Assembly (NCBI GenBank): GCA_963674695.2
Contig: CAXXGI010000003.1
Span: 416,001-480,000 of the forward strand
Direction: 5' to 3'
Source of the DNA: a bacterium
GTDB taxonomy: Bacteria > UBA10199 > 2-02-FULL-44-16 > JAAZCA01
Length of the DNA stretch: 64,000 nt
Position 1 is the first letter of the stretch; each line of letters begins with the position of its first letter. This document shows, piece by piece, positions 1 to 8,800 of this stretch. The position numbers were made by a program, and so were the translations under genes. The notes beneath the pieces are model-generated. The model did no database searches, had not been told where the DNA came from, and saw nothing but the letters and a program-made list of their open reading frames with translations.

Positions 1-223
1 TTCCTGCATCGAGTTCCTTGCGTGCCTTGATGATTTCGTCCATGGCATCTTCGCTGGCGAGGAGTTCCATCGTTTCGATCCAGCCCTCATAATCGTCCAC
101 GGACATGAGCACGGCCTTCGGTTGGCCGTTGCGCGTGATGACATAGCGTTCAAAGGATTCGTCGGAATCGCGGATGAGTTCGAGAAGCCGTTTTTTCGCA
201 TCGGTTGCGGTGATAGTCTTCAT
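1..223 (-). CDS. Phd/YefM-family type II antitoxin (3' end runs off window)
   Basis: Not in ORF track. Manual translation from ATG at 223: MKTITATDAKKRLLELIRDSDESFERYVITRNGQPKAVLMSVDDYEGWIETMELL. The ITRNG.P.AVL and ET.ELL motifs are typical of Phd/YefM. GGAGG RBS present. Confidence 0.85.
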   Translation of the reverse strand, partial: MKTITATDAKKRLLELIRDSDESFERYVITRNGQPKAVLMSVDDYEGWIETMELLASEDAMDEIIKARKELDAG

Positions 224-244
224 AGGTCCTCCATTCAAGCCAGT

Positions 245-283
245 GATGGTCATAATTATAACCATCGCCGTATGGAGTGTCAA
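245..283 (-). promoter_or_regulatory. Consensus sigma-70 promoter with operator palindrome over the -10 box (TA autoregulation)
   Basis: Minus strand TTGACA (283-278), 17 bp spacer, TATAAT (260-255). Near-perfect 22-bp palindrome GATGGTCATAATTATAACCATC at 245-266. Confidence 0.8.
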
Positions 284-301
284 GGTACAGCATGCGCCCC
301 G

Positions 302-1186
302 TCAATCGACCCAGACGACTTCCCGTTCCAGATGAATATCGAAGCGGTCCGCTACACGTGCGGACATGAGTTCGGTTAAATCCAAGACATTGCGTGCGGT
401 GGCGGTACCATCGGTGACGACGATGTTGGCGTGGTGTTTCCAGAGGTGCGCGCCGCCAACGGAAAGTTCCCGACAGCCGCAGGCCTCGATCAGTTTTCCC
501 GCTGCTATGCGCTTGCCATTGGCATCGTTCGGGTTCTTGAAGAAAGAGCCAGCGGTGGGGATTTCGTTCGGGTTAGGATGCTTTTTTTTCCGGTCGGCCA
601 TGCGTTCCTGCGTCAGCGCGGCCATGGTCTTCGGTGATTGCGCATCGAGGGCCAATGTGGCTGAGAGGATGGCATCGCCTTTGCGTTTAATCGCGCTGCT
701 GCGATAGATGAAATCGAGTTCGCTGCCGCCGATCGTATCGATCGATCCATCGCGCCGCAGGATCCGGACGGATTGAACACACTGACTGATGCTCGTGCCA
801 TAGGCACCGGCATTGCCGGAGATGGCGCCGCCCACCGTTCCCGGGATGCCCGCCAGATCTTCAAGGCCGCCCAGACCCCATTCGACGCAGCGGGTGATGA
901 GATCCCAGAGCGGCGTTCCCCCGGATACCTCGAGCGAAGTGTTTTCGCGTTTCGGCGCGGTGTTGTCGACAAAGCGGATGATCGCCTTGCTCGTGCCGGT
1001 GTCGGCGGCGAGAATGTTCGAGCCCAGGCCGATAATACGCCAGGAGATGCCCGCATCGATGGCCTCACGCACGGCATCGACGAGCATTCCTTCGTTCTTC
1101 GCGTTGGCGAAGAAACGGGCCGGTCCCCCGATGCGCAGCGTGGTCATCGTCGAGAGCGGAACGGATTGTTGAAAGAGAGTAGTCAT
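302..1186 (-). CDS. murB: UDP-N-acetylmuramate dehydrogenase
   Basis: TTLRIGGPA, GLGSNIL, GIPGTVGGAISGNAGAYG, YRSS, AGSFFKNP, HANIVV motifs. Confidence 0.95.
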   Translation of the reverse strand: MTTLFQQSVPLSTMTTLRIGGPARFFANAKNEGMLVDAVREAIDAGISWRIIGLGSNILAADTGTSKAIIRFVDNTAPKRENTSLEVSGGTPLWDLITRCVEWGLGGLEDLAGIPGTVGGAISGNAGAYGTSISQCVQSVRILRRDGSIDTIGGSELDFIYRSSAIKRKGDAILSATLALDAQSPKTMAALTQERMADRKKKHPNPNEIPTAGSFFKNPNDANGKRIAAGKLIEACGCRELSVGGAHLWKHHANIVVTDGTATARNVLDLTELMSARVADRFDIHLEREVVWVD

Positions 1187-1214
1187 AGCTTCATTTTATT
1201 TCGTAATCGGAGTG

Positions 1215-1287
1215 TTGTCATTCCCGCGAACGCGGGAATCTCGATTGTGAGGAAACATCGAGATCCCCGCGTTCGCGGGGATGACAA
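1215..1287. repeat. REP doublet (GTCATTCCCGCG-type inverted pair)
   Basis: GTCATTCCCGCGAACGCGGGAATCTC ... GAGATCCCCGCGTTCGCGGGGATGAC; same unit recurs near 5252, 16658, 19822, 23228, 24557. Confidence 0.85.
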
Positions 1288-1310
1288 AACCAAGGTTCCT
1301 CATCAATGTA

Positions 1311-1808
1311 TCACTCATCCGGGATGTAGCTGTCCTCCATCGTCGGCATATCGACATAGACCGAAAATTCCATCTGGGTGCGATCGCTGCGTCGCAGGCG
1401 CCGGCTGATCTCGCGTGCGATATTGAGGATAAGCAGGCCAAAGATCTTCGGATTATCCTCACAGATTGTTTCGAGCGCCCCCTGGGGGAGCTTTGCGAGC
1501 TTCATGTCGGAGGTGGCGCAGACCGAAGCCGAGCGCGTCTGGCAGTCGACCAGGCTCATCTCGCCGAAGCAATCTCCCACGACGAGGTCCGCGAGTTTGA
1601 ATCCGTTTTGCTGCCCTTGGCGCTCCATCCAGACCGCTGCCGTTCCGGCCCAGATGATGAACATCGCGTCGGCCTGATCGCCCTCGCGAACGACGCAGTC
1701 ATCGCGTTTGATCGGAACGGCCTCGAGGAATTGTGAGAGGTAGCCGAGCTGCTCCTCGTCGAAACCGTGAAAGATATTGGCCATGCCCATCAAACGGATG
1801 ATTTCCAT
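1311..1808 (-). CDS. Cyclic nucleotide-binding domain protein (no HTH)
   Basis: VREGDQADAMFII.G, GDCFGEMSL...RSASV cNMP-binding signature. Confidence 0.9.
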   Translation of the reverse strand: MEIIRLMGMANIFHGFDEEQLGYLSQFLEAVPIKRDDCVVREGDQADAMFIIWAGTAAVWMERQGQQNGFKLADLVVGDCFGEMSLVDCQTRSASVCATSDMKLAKLPQGALETICEDNPKIFGLLILNIAREISRRLRRSDRTQMEFSVYVDMPTMEDSYIPDE

Positions 1809-1962
1809 GCAGTTCTCCTCAAGGTTTCCCCGTGCTTACGCGAAAACACGCGCAAAATCAATGATGGACGGGCGTTTCCCTCTCTCCTGCGAGTCAAGGC
1901 CTGGGGAGGGAGGAGGGTGAATAATTTAATCTTTTCAAGGCGTTTGAAACGATTTATAGAAT

Positions 1963-3564
1963 TTGGAGATGGCCGTTCCCTTCCGAAACCGCTTCTCGAC
2001 GAAGCTGATCCTGCTGATCGGACTCGTCTTCTTCATCCCCGTGGTCACCTCGCTGGCGACGGTGGTCTTTACCTCGAAGGCCAGCGTCGAACGTCTCGAT
2101 GAGGTGCTGGCCCGTGCCCCGAGCGAGCAGAATGGGCTTATCCGCAGCCTCTTTCCAAAGGATACCTTCGAGGGGGTGGAAAATCCCGCGGCCGCCGTGC
2201 GCCTGCTGCGCGACTATGAAAAACGCCGCACTTTCGGGCTCTTCGTCTCGCTCATTATCATCGCTTGCGTGCTGGCCGCCATCATCGTCCTGCTTTCCAT
2301 GCTCCTGCTCAAACGCGGCATGCTCTCGTTGCATCAGCTCTCGCTCGCGGCCGACGAGGTCGGCGAGGGGAACTATGACGTGACGCTCATTCGTCACAGT
2401 CGAGATGAGTTTGCTGAACTCATCGGTGCCTTCACCGCGATGAAGCTCAAACTCAAGGAGACGACGGTTTCGCGTGATTTTTACAATCATGTGCTCGAAT
2501 CGGTGCCGGCGGCGGTCTTCACGCTCGATCAGGATGACATCGTCACGACCTGGAATCGACGCACGGAGGAACTCACGGGGCTTTCCGCTTCCGAGACGGT
2601 TGGGCGCAAGGTCGAGCTGTTCTCCGATGTCATCGGTCCGTCGGTAGCCGCCAGCGATATTCCGCATTTCGGACGCGAGTCGCACGTGCACACGAGGGAT
2701 GGCATCGAGCGCACGGTAACCCGCGGCGTCGATTTTCTCTATGGTCGCAAAGGTGCGATCACTGGGCGCATCGAGACGTTCGTGGATATCAGCGCGCAGA
2801 AGCGGCTCGAGCGCGAGTTGATCGTCGCGCGCGACGAGGCCTTCGAGGCCAGCCGCCTGCGCAGCGAGTTTTTGGCCAACATGAGCCACGAGATTCGCAC
2901 GCCCTTGAATGGCATCATGGGCTTGGCCGACACGCTGCAGGATGATGAACACGATGAGGATCGGCGCGCAAGCCTCGAGGCGATCATCCAGTGTGGCAAG
3001 AACCTCCTGCATATGATCAACGAGATTCTGGAGCTGGCCAAACTCGAGGCGGGAAAGATGATCGTCCAGACGGCGGTCGTTTCTCCCGAATCGATCGTGC
3101 GCGAGGCGATGGCGACCATCGAGGTGGCCGCCAGGCGCAAGGGACTTGAACTCACGGTCGACATTGATCCGGATGTGCCGCCGATGGTGGAGGTCGATCA
3201 TCACAAGCTGTCGCGCATTCTGATAAACCTGTTTGGCAATGCGCTGAAATTTACCGAAGCCGGTTCGATCCATGTGCAGGTCCGTCAAACGCCGGATGAA
3301 CGCGCGGGGAATCTGCTCTTTGCGGTCATCGATACCGGTGTGGGCATTCCGAAGGATCGGCAGTCGCGCATCTTCGAGAGCTTCGTGCAGGCCGATGAAT
3401 ACCTCACGCGGGGCGACGGAACGGGGCTGGGGTTGGCGATCGTCGTGAAGCTCGCCCATCTGATGGGGGGAGAGGTCTGGATGGAAAGCGAGCCGGAAAA
3501 GGGCAGCTCATTCTTCTTTACGATTGCGAGCGCCGAGGTGCCCCAGGATCTTGATCGGCGATAA
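1963..3564 (+). CDS. Membrane sensor histidine kinase (HAMP-PAS-HisKA-HATPase)
   Basis: Two TM segments, FLANMSHEIRTPLNGI H-box, NLFGNALKFT N-box, DTGVGI and GTGLGL G-boxes. Confidence 0.92.
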   Translation: MEMAVPFRNRFSTKLILLIGLVFFIPVVTSLATVVFTSKASVERLDEVLARAPSEQNGLIRSLFPKDTFEGVENPAAAVRLLRDYEKRRTFGLFVSLIIIACVLAAIIVLLSMLLLKRGMLSLHQLSLAADEVGEGNYDVTLIRHSRDEFAELIGAFTAMKLKLKETTVSRDFYNHVLESVPAAVFTLDQDDIVTTWNRRTEELTGLSASETVGRKVELFSDVIGPSVAASDIPHFGRESHVHTRDGIERTVTRGVDFLYGRKGAITGRIETFVDISAQKRLERELIVARDEAFEASRLRSEFLANMSHEIRTPLNGIMGLADTLQDDEHDEDRRASLEAIIQCGKNLLHMINEILELAKLEAGKMIVQTAVVSPESIVREAMATIEVAARRKGLELTVDIDPDVPPMVEVDHHKLSRILINLFGNALKFTEAGSIHVQVRQTPDERAGNLLFAVIDTGVGIPKDRQSRIFESFVQADEYLTRGDGTGLGLAIVVKLAHLMGGEVWMESEPEKGSSFFFTIASAEVPQDLDRR

Positions 3565-3692
3565 TGTGTCGCTCAAAAAATGTTCGTTTCCCGCCTCCCG
3601 GGGAAATTCGAAACCATTTTTCCGGCCCTCCGAAGGCGGGCAAGTGAGGCTGTAAAAATGGCTTCGCCTTTCCCCTCGCGGCGACAACGTTA

Positions 3693-3726
3693 TTACGAGT
3701 CACGAGTTACGAGTCACGAGTCACGG
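3693..3726. repeat. Heptamer short tandem repeat (TYACGAG)n
   Basis: TTACGAG TCACGAG TTACGAG TCACGAG TCACGG immediately upstream of the symporter start. Confidence 0.75.
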
Positions 3727-3733
3727 TTCTTTT

Positions 3734-5212
3734 ATGATTCATCAACCCTTCGCCTTCATCGACTGGATCGTCCTGATCGCCTACCTCGTGGTGGTGATCC
3801 TGATCGGCATCGTTGCCCGTTCGGGAAAAGAGGGGATCTCCGACTATTTTTTCGCGCGTGGGCGCATGCCCTGGTGGACGGTCGGCATCAGTCTCATTGC
3901 GACCTCCGTCTCTGCGTCCACCTTTCTGGGGAATCCCGCCGAGGCGTTTGGGCATGACCTGCGTCTGATGCAGCTCAACATCGGCGTTCCGGTTTCGATC
4001 CTGATCGTCTGTGCGGTCTTCATTCCCTTCTTTCGGCGCTCGGGTGCGGCCTCCGCCTACGAGGTGCTCGAGCAGCGCTTCGACCTCAAGACGCGCATGC
4101 TCGCCTCATCCTTCTATATCGTTCATGTCCTGTTGCGCACCGGCATATTGATCTTCGGTCCGGCGATTATCCTGGCACAGGTGACCGGGCTCGACGTGCG
4201 CATCGTGATCGTCGTTGTGGGGGTCGTGGCGGTCGCCTACACGGCTATCGGCGGCATTCGGGCCGTCATCTGGACGGATGTGCTTCAGTTTTTCATCCTT
4301 TTCGGCGGCGGCGTGCTCATCTGTCTCTTCATCGACCTGGATGTGCCCGGCGGGATGGGGGCCATCTTCGATCAAGCGGGGCACGCGGGGAAGCTCACCT
4401 GGTTCGATCCCTCGTGGGATCTGGCCGATGCGCGCACGTTTTGGGCGGCGGGCGTGGCTTACATCGTTTTGGATCTGGCTATCCGTGCGGCCGACCAGCA
4501 GTTCGTGCAGCGCTATCTCTCCTGTTCCTCGCTGCGCCGCACGCAGTATGCGGCGATTCTCTCGGCGGTGCTGGGGCTCTTCGTGGCCCTGCTTTTCTTC
4601 ATCGTCGGCATCTTTCTCTGGGGCTATTTTCAAGCCTACCCGATGCAGCTGGCTGGCATAGCAGATCCGAATCGAGTCCTGCCGCAGTTCATCGCCACGA
4701 AGATGCCCTGGGGGGTTGCCGGCCTGATCGTAGCGGCGGTTTTGGCGGCAGCGATGAGTTCGGTCGACTCAGCCGTGAGCGCGTTGTCGAATACCGCGAC
4801 GATCGATTTTTATCGGCGTTTTGGCGGGAGCGAGGGCAGTTCCATGCGCTTTGCGCGCGGCATCACCATCCTCTGGGGGATCCTGAGTATCATCATCGGG
4901 CTCGTCGTGGCGTCGATGGGGAAGAACCTCCTGGTGCTCGCGCTCTCCTTCACGTCCCTCTTCACCGGAGCACTCCTGGGGTTGTTTATCCTCGCCGTCG
5001 GCGTGAAGCGCGCGAGCGGTTGGGGCGCGTTTTTGGGGGCGATCTCCGGAATGCTCGTCTTAGCCCTGGTGACAAAGGGTCTTGATCTTCACATCTCTTG
5101 GCCCTGGTATCCGGTCATTTCGATGACGACGACGGTTTCTGTCGGCTGGATTGTCAGCGTGTTGTCTCCGCGGCGTGATCGCGGTATGATTAGCTCAATA
5201 GCTGAATCGTGA
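3734..5212 (+). CDS. Sodium:solute symporter (SSS family)
   Basis: DYFFARGRMPWW, SAYEVLEQRF, GGIRAVIWTD, DQQFVQRYL, AAAMSSVDS; about 13 TM segments. Confidence 0.92.
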   Translation: MIHQPFAFIDWIVLIAYLVVVILIGIVARSGKEGISDYFFARGRMPWWTVGISLIATSVSASTFLGNPAEAFGHDLRLMQLNIGVPVSILIVCAVFIPFFRRSGAASAYEVLEQRFDLKTRMLASSFYIVHVLLRTGILIFGPAIILAQVTGLDVRIVIVVVGVVAVAYTAIGGIRAVIWTDVLQFFILFGGGVLICLFIDLDVPGGMGAIFDQAGHAGKLTWFDPSWDLADARTFWAAGVAYIVLDLAIRAADQQFVQRYLSCSSLRRTQYAAILSAVLGLFVALLFFIVGIFLWGYFQAYPMQLAGIADPNRVLPQFIATKMPWGVAGLIVAAVLAAAMSSVDSAVSALSNTATIDFYRRFGGSEGSSMRFARGITILWGILSIIIGLVVASMGKNLLVLALSFTSLFTGALLGLFILAVGVKRASGWGAFLGAISGMLVLALVTKGLDLHISWPWYPVISMTTTVSVGWIVSVLSPRRDRGMISSIAES

Positions 5213-5223
5213 GATAGCTCAAT

Positions 5224-5356
5224 AGTGTCTGTCGGAAAAAGGGTTTTTGCTGTCATTCCCGCGAAGGCGGGAATCTCGAAGTACTTGAAAAATCGAGATT
5301 CCCGCCTTCGCGGGAATGACACAGCCCAGTGAAATCGTCATTTCCCGACAGACTCT
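5224..5356. mobile_element. MITE family A (133 bp) carrying a REP doublet
   Basis: TIR AGTGTCTGTCGGAAAA / TTTCCCGACAGACTCT, flanking 4-bp direct repeat CAAT; homologous copy of the same length at 16622-16754. Confidence 0.75.
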
Positions 5357-5381
5357 CAATAGCTAAAGGAGTGCATCGTCG

Positions 5382-6314
5382 ATGAAACGTTTGGTGACCA
5401 TATTGGTATTCATCATCGGGTTGGGAACTGCCGGATGTGCCAAGGATCTGGTGACGGGAAAGTCGACGCTGAACTACTTTAATGTGAAGAAAGAGGCCGG
5501 ATTCGGACAGAAGGTGCTCCTGGCGCAATCCAATGCCTTGAAGAAAAAGAAGAAGAAGATGGATGCCGAGGCCGATCCGGTGGAATACAAACGGCTGCAA
5601 AAGATCGTTGCCAAGCTCGGGCCGCAGACCCACTTTCCGGACTTTCCCTATGAGGTCCACCTGGCCGATGTCGATGTGGTCAATGCCTGGTGTGCGCCGG
5701 GCGGAAAGATGATGGTCTATACGGGCCTGTGGAATTCCAAAAAGGGGTTGGTCGAGAAGGGGAACGAGGACCAACTCGCCGCCGTGATGGCGCACGAGAT
5801 GGCGCACGCCAACGCGCGGCATGTCACGGAGACCCTCAGTCGCAATATGACGATCATGATCCTGGGCGCAGCGGCGTCGACCGCTATTCACTATGGCGGT
5901 GCACCGCAGGGGGCGAACGTCTTCGGTGAGATATTCAACCAGGGAATGAGTCTGTTTGTTCCCAGCTACTCGCGAAAGAATGAATATGAGGCCGATCGGC
6001 TGGGGCTGATGTACATGGCCAAGGCGGGCTACGACCCGCGCGAGGCCGTCAAGCTCTGGCGAAAGGCGGCCAAGCGCAAGAAGGATCGTACCAGCATCTA
6101 TGCCTCGCATCCTTCAACGGGGTCTCGCGCCAAGACGCTCGAGCGCCTCCTGCCAGAAGCGATGGGGCATTACGAGGCAGCGCTGGAAAAGGATGGTCGA
6201 AAGGTGAAGCCGGATGCTGAATTCCCGCCGGAGAAACTCCAACAGATTTCCGCTGAAAAAGAAGTCCCCCCCGAGCCCACCGATCGCAAGCGTTCCGGAA
6301 AATATCGCCGGTGA
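5382..6314 (+). CDS. M48-family zinc metallopeptidase lipoprotein (LoiP/Oma1-like)
   Basis: Lipobox TAGC, VNAWCAPGG, HEMAH, YSRKNEYEAD, SHP motifs. Confidence 0.92.
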   Translation: MKRLVTILVFIIGLGTAGCAKDLVTGKSTLNYFNVKKEAGFGQKVLLAQSNALKKKKKKMDAEADPVEYKRLQKIVAKLGPQTHFPDFPYEVHLADVDVVNAWCAPGGKMMVYTGLWNSKKGLVEKGNEDQLAAVMAHEMAHANARHVTETLSRNMTIMILGAAASTAIHYGGAPQGANVFGEIFNQGMSLFVPSYSRKNEYEADRLGLMYMAKAGYDPREAVKLWRKAAKRKKDRTSIYASHPSTGSRAKTLERLLPEAMGHYEAALEKDGRKVKPDAEFPPEKLQQISAEKEVPPEPTDRKRSGKYRR

Positions 6315-6327
6315 TCACGAACGGTTT

Positions 6328-6375
6328 TGTCATTCTGGGTGAAGCCCCGTTGTACGGGGCTCAGCGAAGAATCTC
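6328..6375. repeat. Second GTCAT-class REP-like unit (TGTCATTCTG...GAAGAATCTC)
   Basis: Resembles the units at 52892-52990; internal hairpin GCCCCGT-TGT-ACGGGGC. Confidence 0.55.
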
Positions 6376-6425
6376 CCGCTTACCCCGTACGGGAATAGAA
6401 TCACAGAAACGGTAAGGGCGGCCTA

Positions 6426-6593
6426 TTACACATTATATGTCAAACGGAGACGGGTCAGCATCAGGCGCAGGGCTGCGATCGATTTCGGGTTGCGGGTCTT
6501 GAGGCAGTGTAGGATGAGCTGCGCAACCCACGGACAGCGGTTACAGAGTGCGACGACTCTCTTTTCTAGATCCTTGGCGGTCACAGGCTTCAT
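6426..6593 (-). CDS. Small basic hypothetical protein (55 aa)
   Basis: Manual translation MKPVTAKDLEKRVVALCNRCPWVAQLILHCLKTRNPKSIAALRLMLTRLRLTYNV with GGGGGA RBS; divergent from the RHH gene across an AT-rich spacer. Confidence 0.45.
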   Translation of the reverse strand: MKPVTAKDLEKRVVALCNRCPWVAQLILHCLKTRNPKSIAALRLMLTRLRLTYNV

Positions 6594-6710
6594 GAGATCC
6601 CCCCATCGAGTCGGTTTGAATAATAGGTATTCTAATATATAAGATAATGTAAGTCAAATATTGCATTGCATTTGGATCAATGCTAGCATCTCCTGTTGGA
6701 GGGTGGGTTG

Positions 6711-6896
6711 ATGCCGCTGATCGAGAAAAAACCGAAGTCGGATAGTCGTTCAAAGAAGAAGAGCTTTGCCTTCTACCTCTCCCAGGGGCTTGTCGACGAT
6801 ATCGCTCGTGTGGCCAAGGAGGCCGGGCGCTCCAAGAGTGAAGTCCTCGAGATTCTGGCTCGCGCCGGCCTTGAAATTCATCAAAAAGATCAATAA
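6711..6896 (+). CDS. Ribbon-helix-helix (CopG-like) DNA-binding protein
   Basis: KSFAFYL beta strand then LVDDIARVAKEAGRSKSEVLEIL helix-helix pattern; GGAGG RBS before ATG 6711. Confidence 0.75.
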   Translation: MPLIEKKPKSDSRSKKKSFAFYLSQGLVDDIARVAKEAGRSKSEVLEILARAGLEIHQKDQ

Positions 6897-7025
6897 CGTC
6901 CATTGTTTCGTCAATTCTCTGTCGCTGGTGGGTATTTCTGCACGATTCCGCATGCATGATGGAAATCATGACGTCCGAGTGCATTGAAATTGCACATCAT
7001 AAGCTGACCCTCATTTTCTCCTCGA

Positions 7026-7041
7026 TGGCATGCTCTTTGCT
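7026..7041 (+). promoter_or_regulatory. Sigma-54 (-24/-12) promoter
   Basis: TGGCATG-CTCT-TTGCT matches TGGCACG-N4-TTGCW, 44 bp before the 7085 start. Confidence 0.65.
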
Positions 7042-7084
7042 TACATATAAAGTGATGTCATTTTGTTCGTGAAGGGGGGAGTTC

Positions 7085-8800
7085 GTGGTGCGCTTAGCTC
7101 GAATCTTCAGCATACTTCTGATGGTGGTGTGCTTCTCCGCCTGCAGCGCTGGCCTCGACGGGGGATCGGTTGGGGCCGGTGGAGCCGGAAGTGGTGGCGA
7201 GCTCGAATCGGATGATGGCGATGGCGGTGCGGGTGGGGGCAGCACGACGGCCTTTACGATCGCTTCCGTCACTCCCGCCGATGGTGCGGTTGGCGTCTTC
7301 CTCAACACCGGGTATGTGGCGGCGATCTTCCCGAGCGATCAACCGATGGTTGCGTCCAGCATCGATTCCAATTCCTTTCAGGTGGTTCAGGTCGACGAAG
7401 CAGATCCTTCCGAGGGGGTTTCGCTCTCGACGGCGGTCTCGGGAACCGTGAGCTATGATGACGCCCTGACGCTCGAGGGGACGACCTACAACGTGGCGAT
7501 CTTTCAGCCGGCGAGTGAGCTGACACCGGGAACGACCTATCAGGCGCGGTTGACGACGGAGGTGCGCTCCATGGATGGGGAGGCGCTCGCCGAGGATTAT
7601 GTCTGGACGTTCGAAACGCCATGGCTCTATCGCCAGGAGTGGGCCGAGGATATCTTTCTTCTCGATATTGCCTCATTACCGAATGGCGGTGTGGTGGTCG
7701 TCGGGTATACGGACCCCCCCGATGCCGTCGATGAAGAGCCCTGGATGGCTGTCTATGACAACGATGGATCGCTGATTGCCCAGCACGTTGAGGATTTTTT
7801 CTCGGCCGAAGCGCGAGCGAGCGTCGTCGACGTGGTCGGCGACTACATCTTTGTTGCCGGAATGGCGGTGGCGGGGAGTAGTCAACTCTGGATCGCCGCC
7901 TACGATCTGGAGACCTTGGAGCTCCATCACTACACGCTTTTTGATGAAGAGCAGGTCATTATCACGGAGATGGCACACGACAGCGCGGGAAATCTCTACA
8001 TCGTGGGCACGATCGACACGGGTGAAGAACCGGCATTTCTCTGGAAGCTCAATCCGCAGATGGACGAACGCGAGATTCTCACCTATGTGCGAGAAGAGGG
8101 GGATGGGTTCGGCGATTACTTCCTCGATATCTTTATAGAGGATGATGACACCATAACGCTCTTCGGCATGTCACAGCAGGCGGATAATGTTGCGCACCAG
8201 TTCATTCGGCGGGTCACGACGTCGCTCGTGCTGTCTGGTGAGATATACTCCAATGATGTCGATATGGGTTCATTCAATGGGTCGTTCTTTTGGAAGGGAA
8301 TCGTGTCGGGGGATGTCGCTTACGTCGGGGGATATCAGATGCTCTACGATGGTGACCGGCATTATCCGTTCCTGGCGGCGATCGATCTTGCACGGGGGGA
8401 AAGGATCGATCATGTCAATCCGACGGTCTCCTATTCACCGGAATTCGATGCAGGTAATACAGCCAGCCAGGTGAGCGGTCTCGCCTTCGATGCGCAAGAT
8501 CGCGTCGTCGCCCTCGGGTGGCGAGCCGCTGATGTTGGCGGGATGAACCGGGAACTCTTCGTGGCGCGCTATGCTACCGAGGATGATGGCGGTGGGCTCA
8601 ACGAAGAGCTGATGGTCATCGACGATGGGGGGGAGAGCAAGGGGACGGCGCGCGGTTTGGGTTTTACCTTCGACTCCGAAGGCTCCATCGTGGTTATCGT
8701 CGACTTCAGTAGTGGTGGCGATGAGGCAGGATTGCTCAAGGTCGATGGGAATCTCTATCCGGATCCGACCAGCGGGATGACACTGGTCGGTTCAGACTGA
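7085..8800 (+). CDS. Acidic surface lipoprotein, Ig-like (Big_5) domain plus probable beta-propeller
   Basis: Lipobox FSAC, Gly-rich linker, VTPADGA...FQP..ELTPGTTY...DYVWTFET Big_5 pattern, repeated D..GN.Y.VG-type blades; strongly Asp/Glu-rich. Confidence 0.7.
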   Translation: MVRLARIFSILLMVVCFSACSAGLDGGSVGAGGAGSGGELESDDGDGGAGGGSTTAFTIASVTPADGAVGVFLNTGYVAAIFPSDQPMVASSIDSNSFQVVQVDEADPSEGVSLSTAVSGTVSYDDALTLEGTTYNVAIFQPASELTPGTTYQARLTTEVRSMDGEALAEDYVWTFETPWLYRQEWAEDIFLLDIASLPNGGVVVVGYTDPPDAVDEEPWMAVYDNDGSLIAQHVEDFFSAEARASVVDVVGDYIFVAGMAVAGSSQLWIAAYDLETLELHHYTLFDEEQVIITEMAHDSAGNLYIVGTIDTGEEPAFLWKLNPQMDEREILTYVREEGDGFGDYFLDIFIEDDDTITLFGMSQQADNVAHQFIRRVTTSLVLSGEIYSNDVDMGSFNGSFFWKGIVSGDVAYVGGYQMLYDGDRHYPFLAAIDLARGERIDHVNPTVSYSPEFDAGNTASQVSGLAFDAQDRVVALGWRAADVGGMNRELFVARYATEDDGGGLNEELMVIDDGGESKGTARGLGFTFDSEGSIVVIVDFSSGGDEAGLLKVDGNLYPDPTSGMTLVGSD

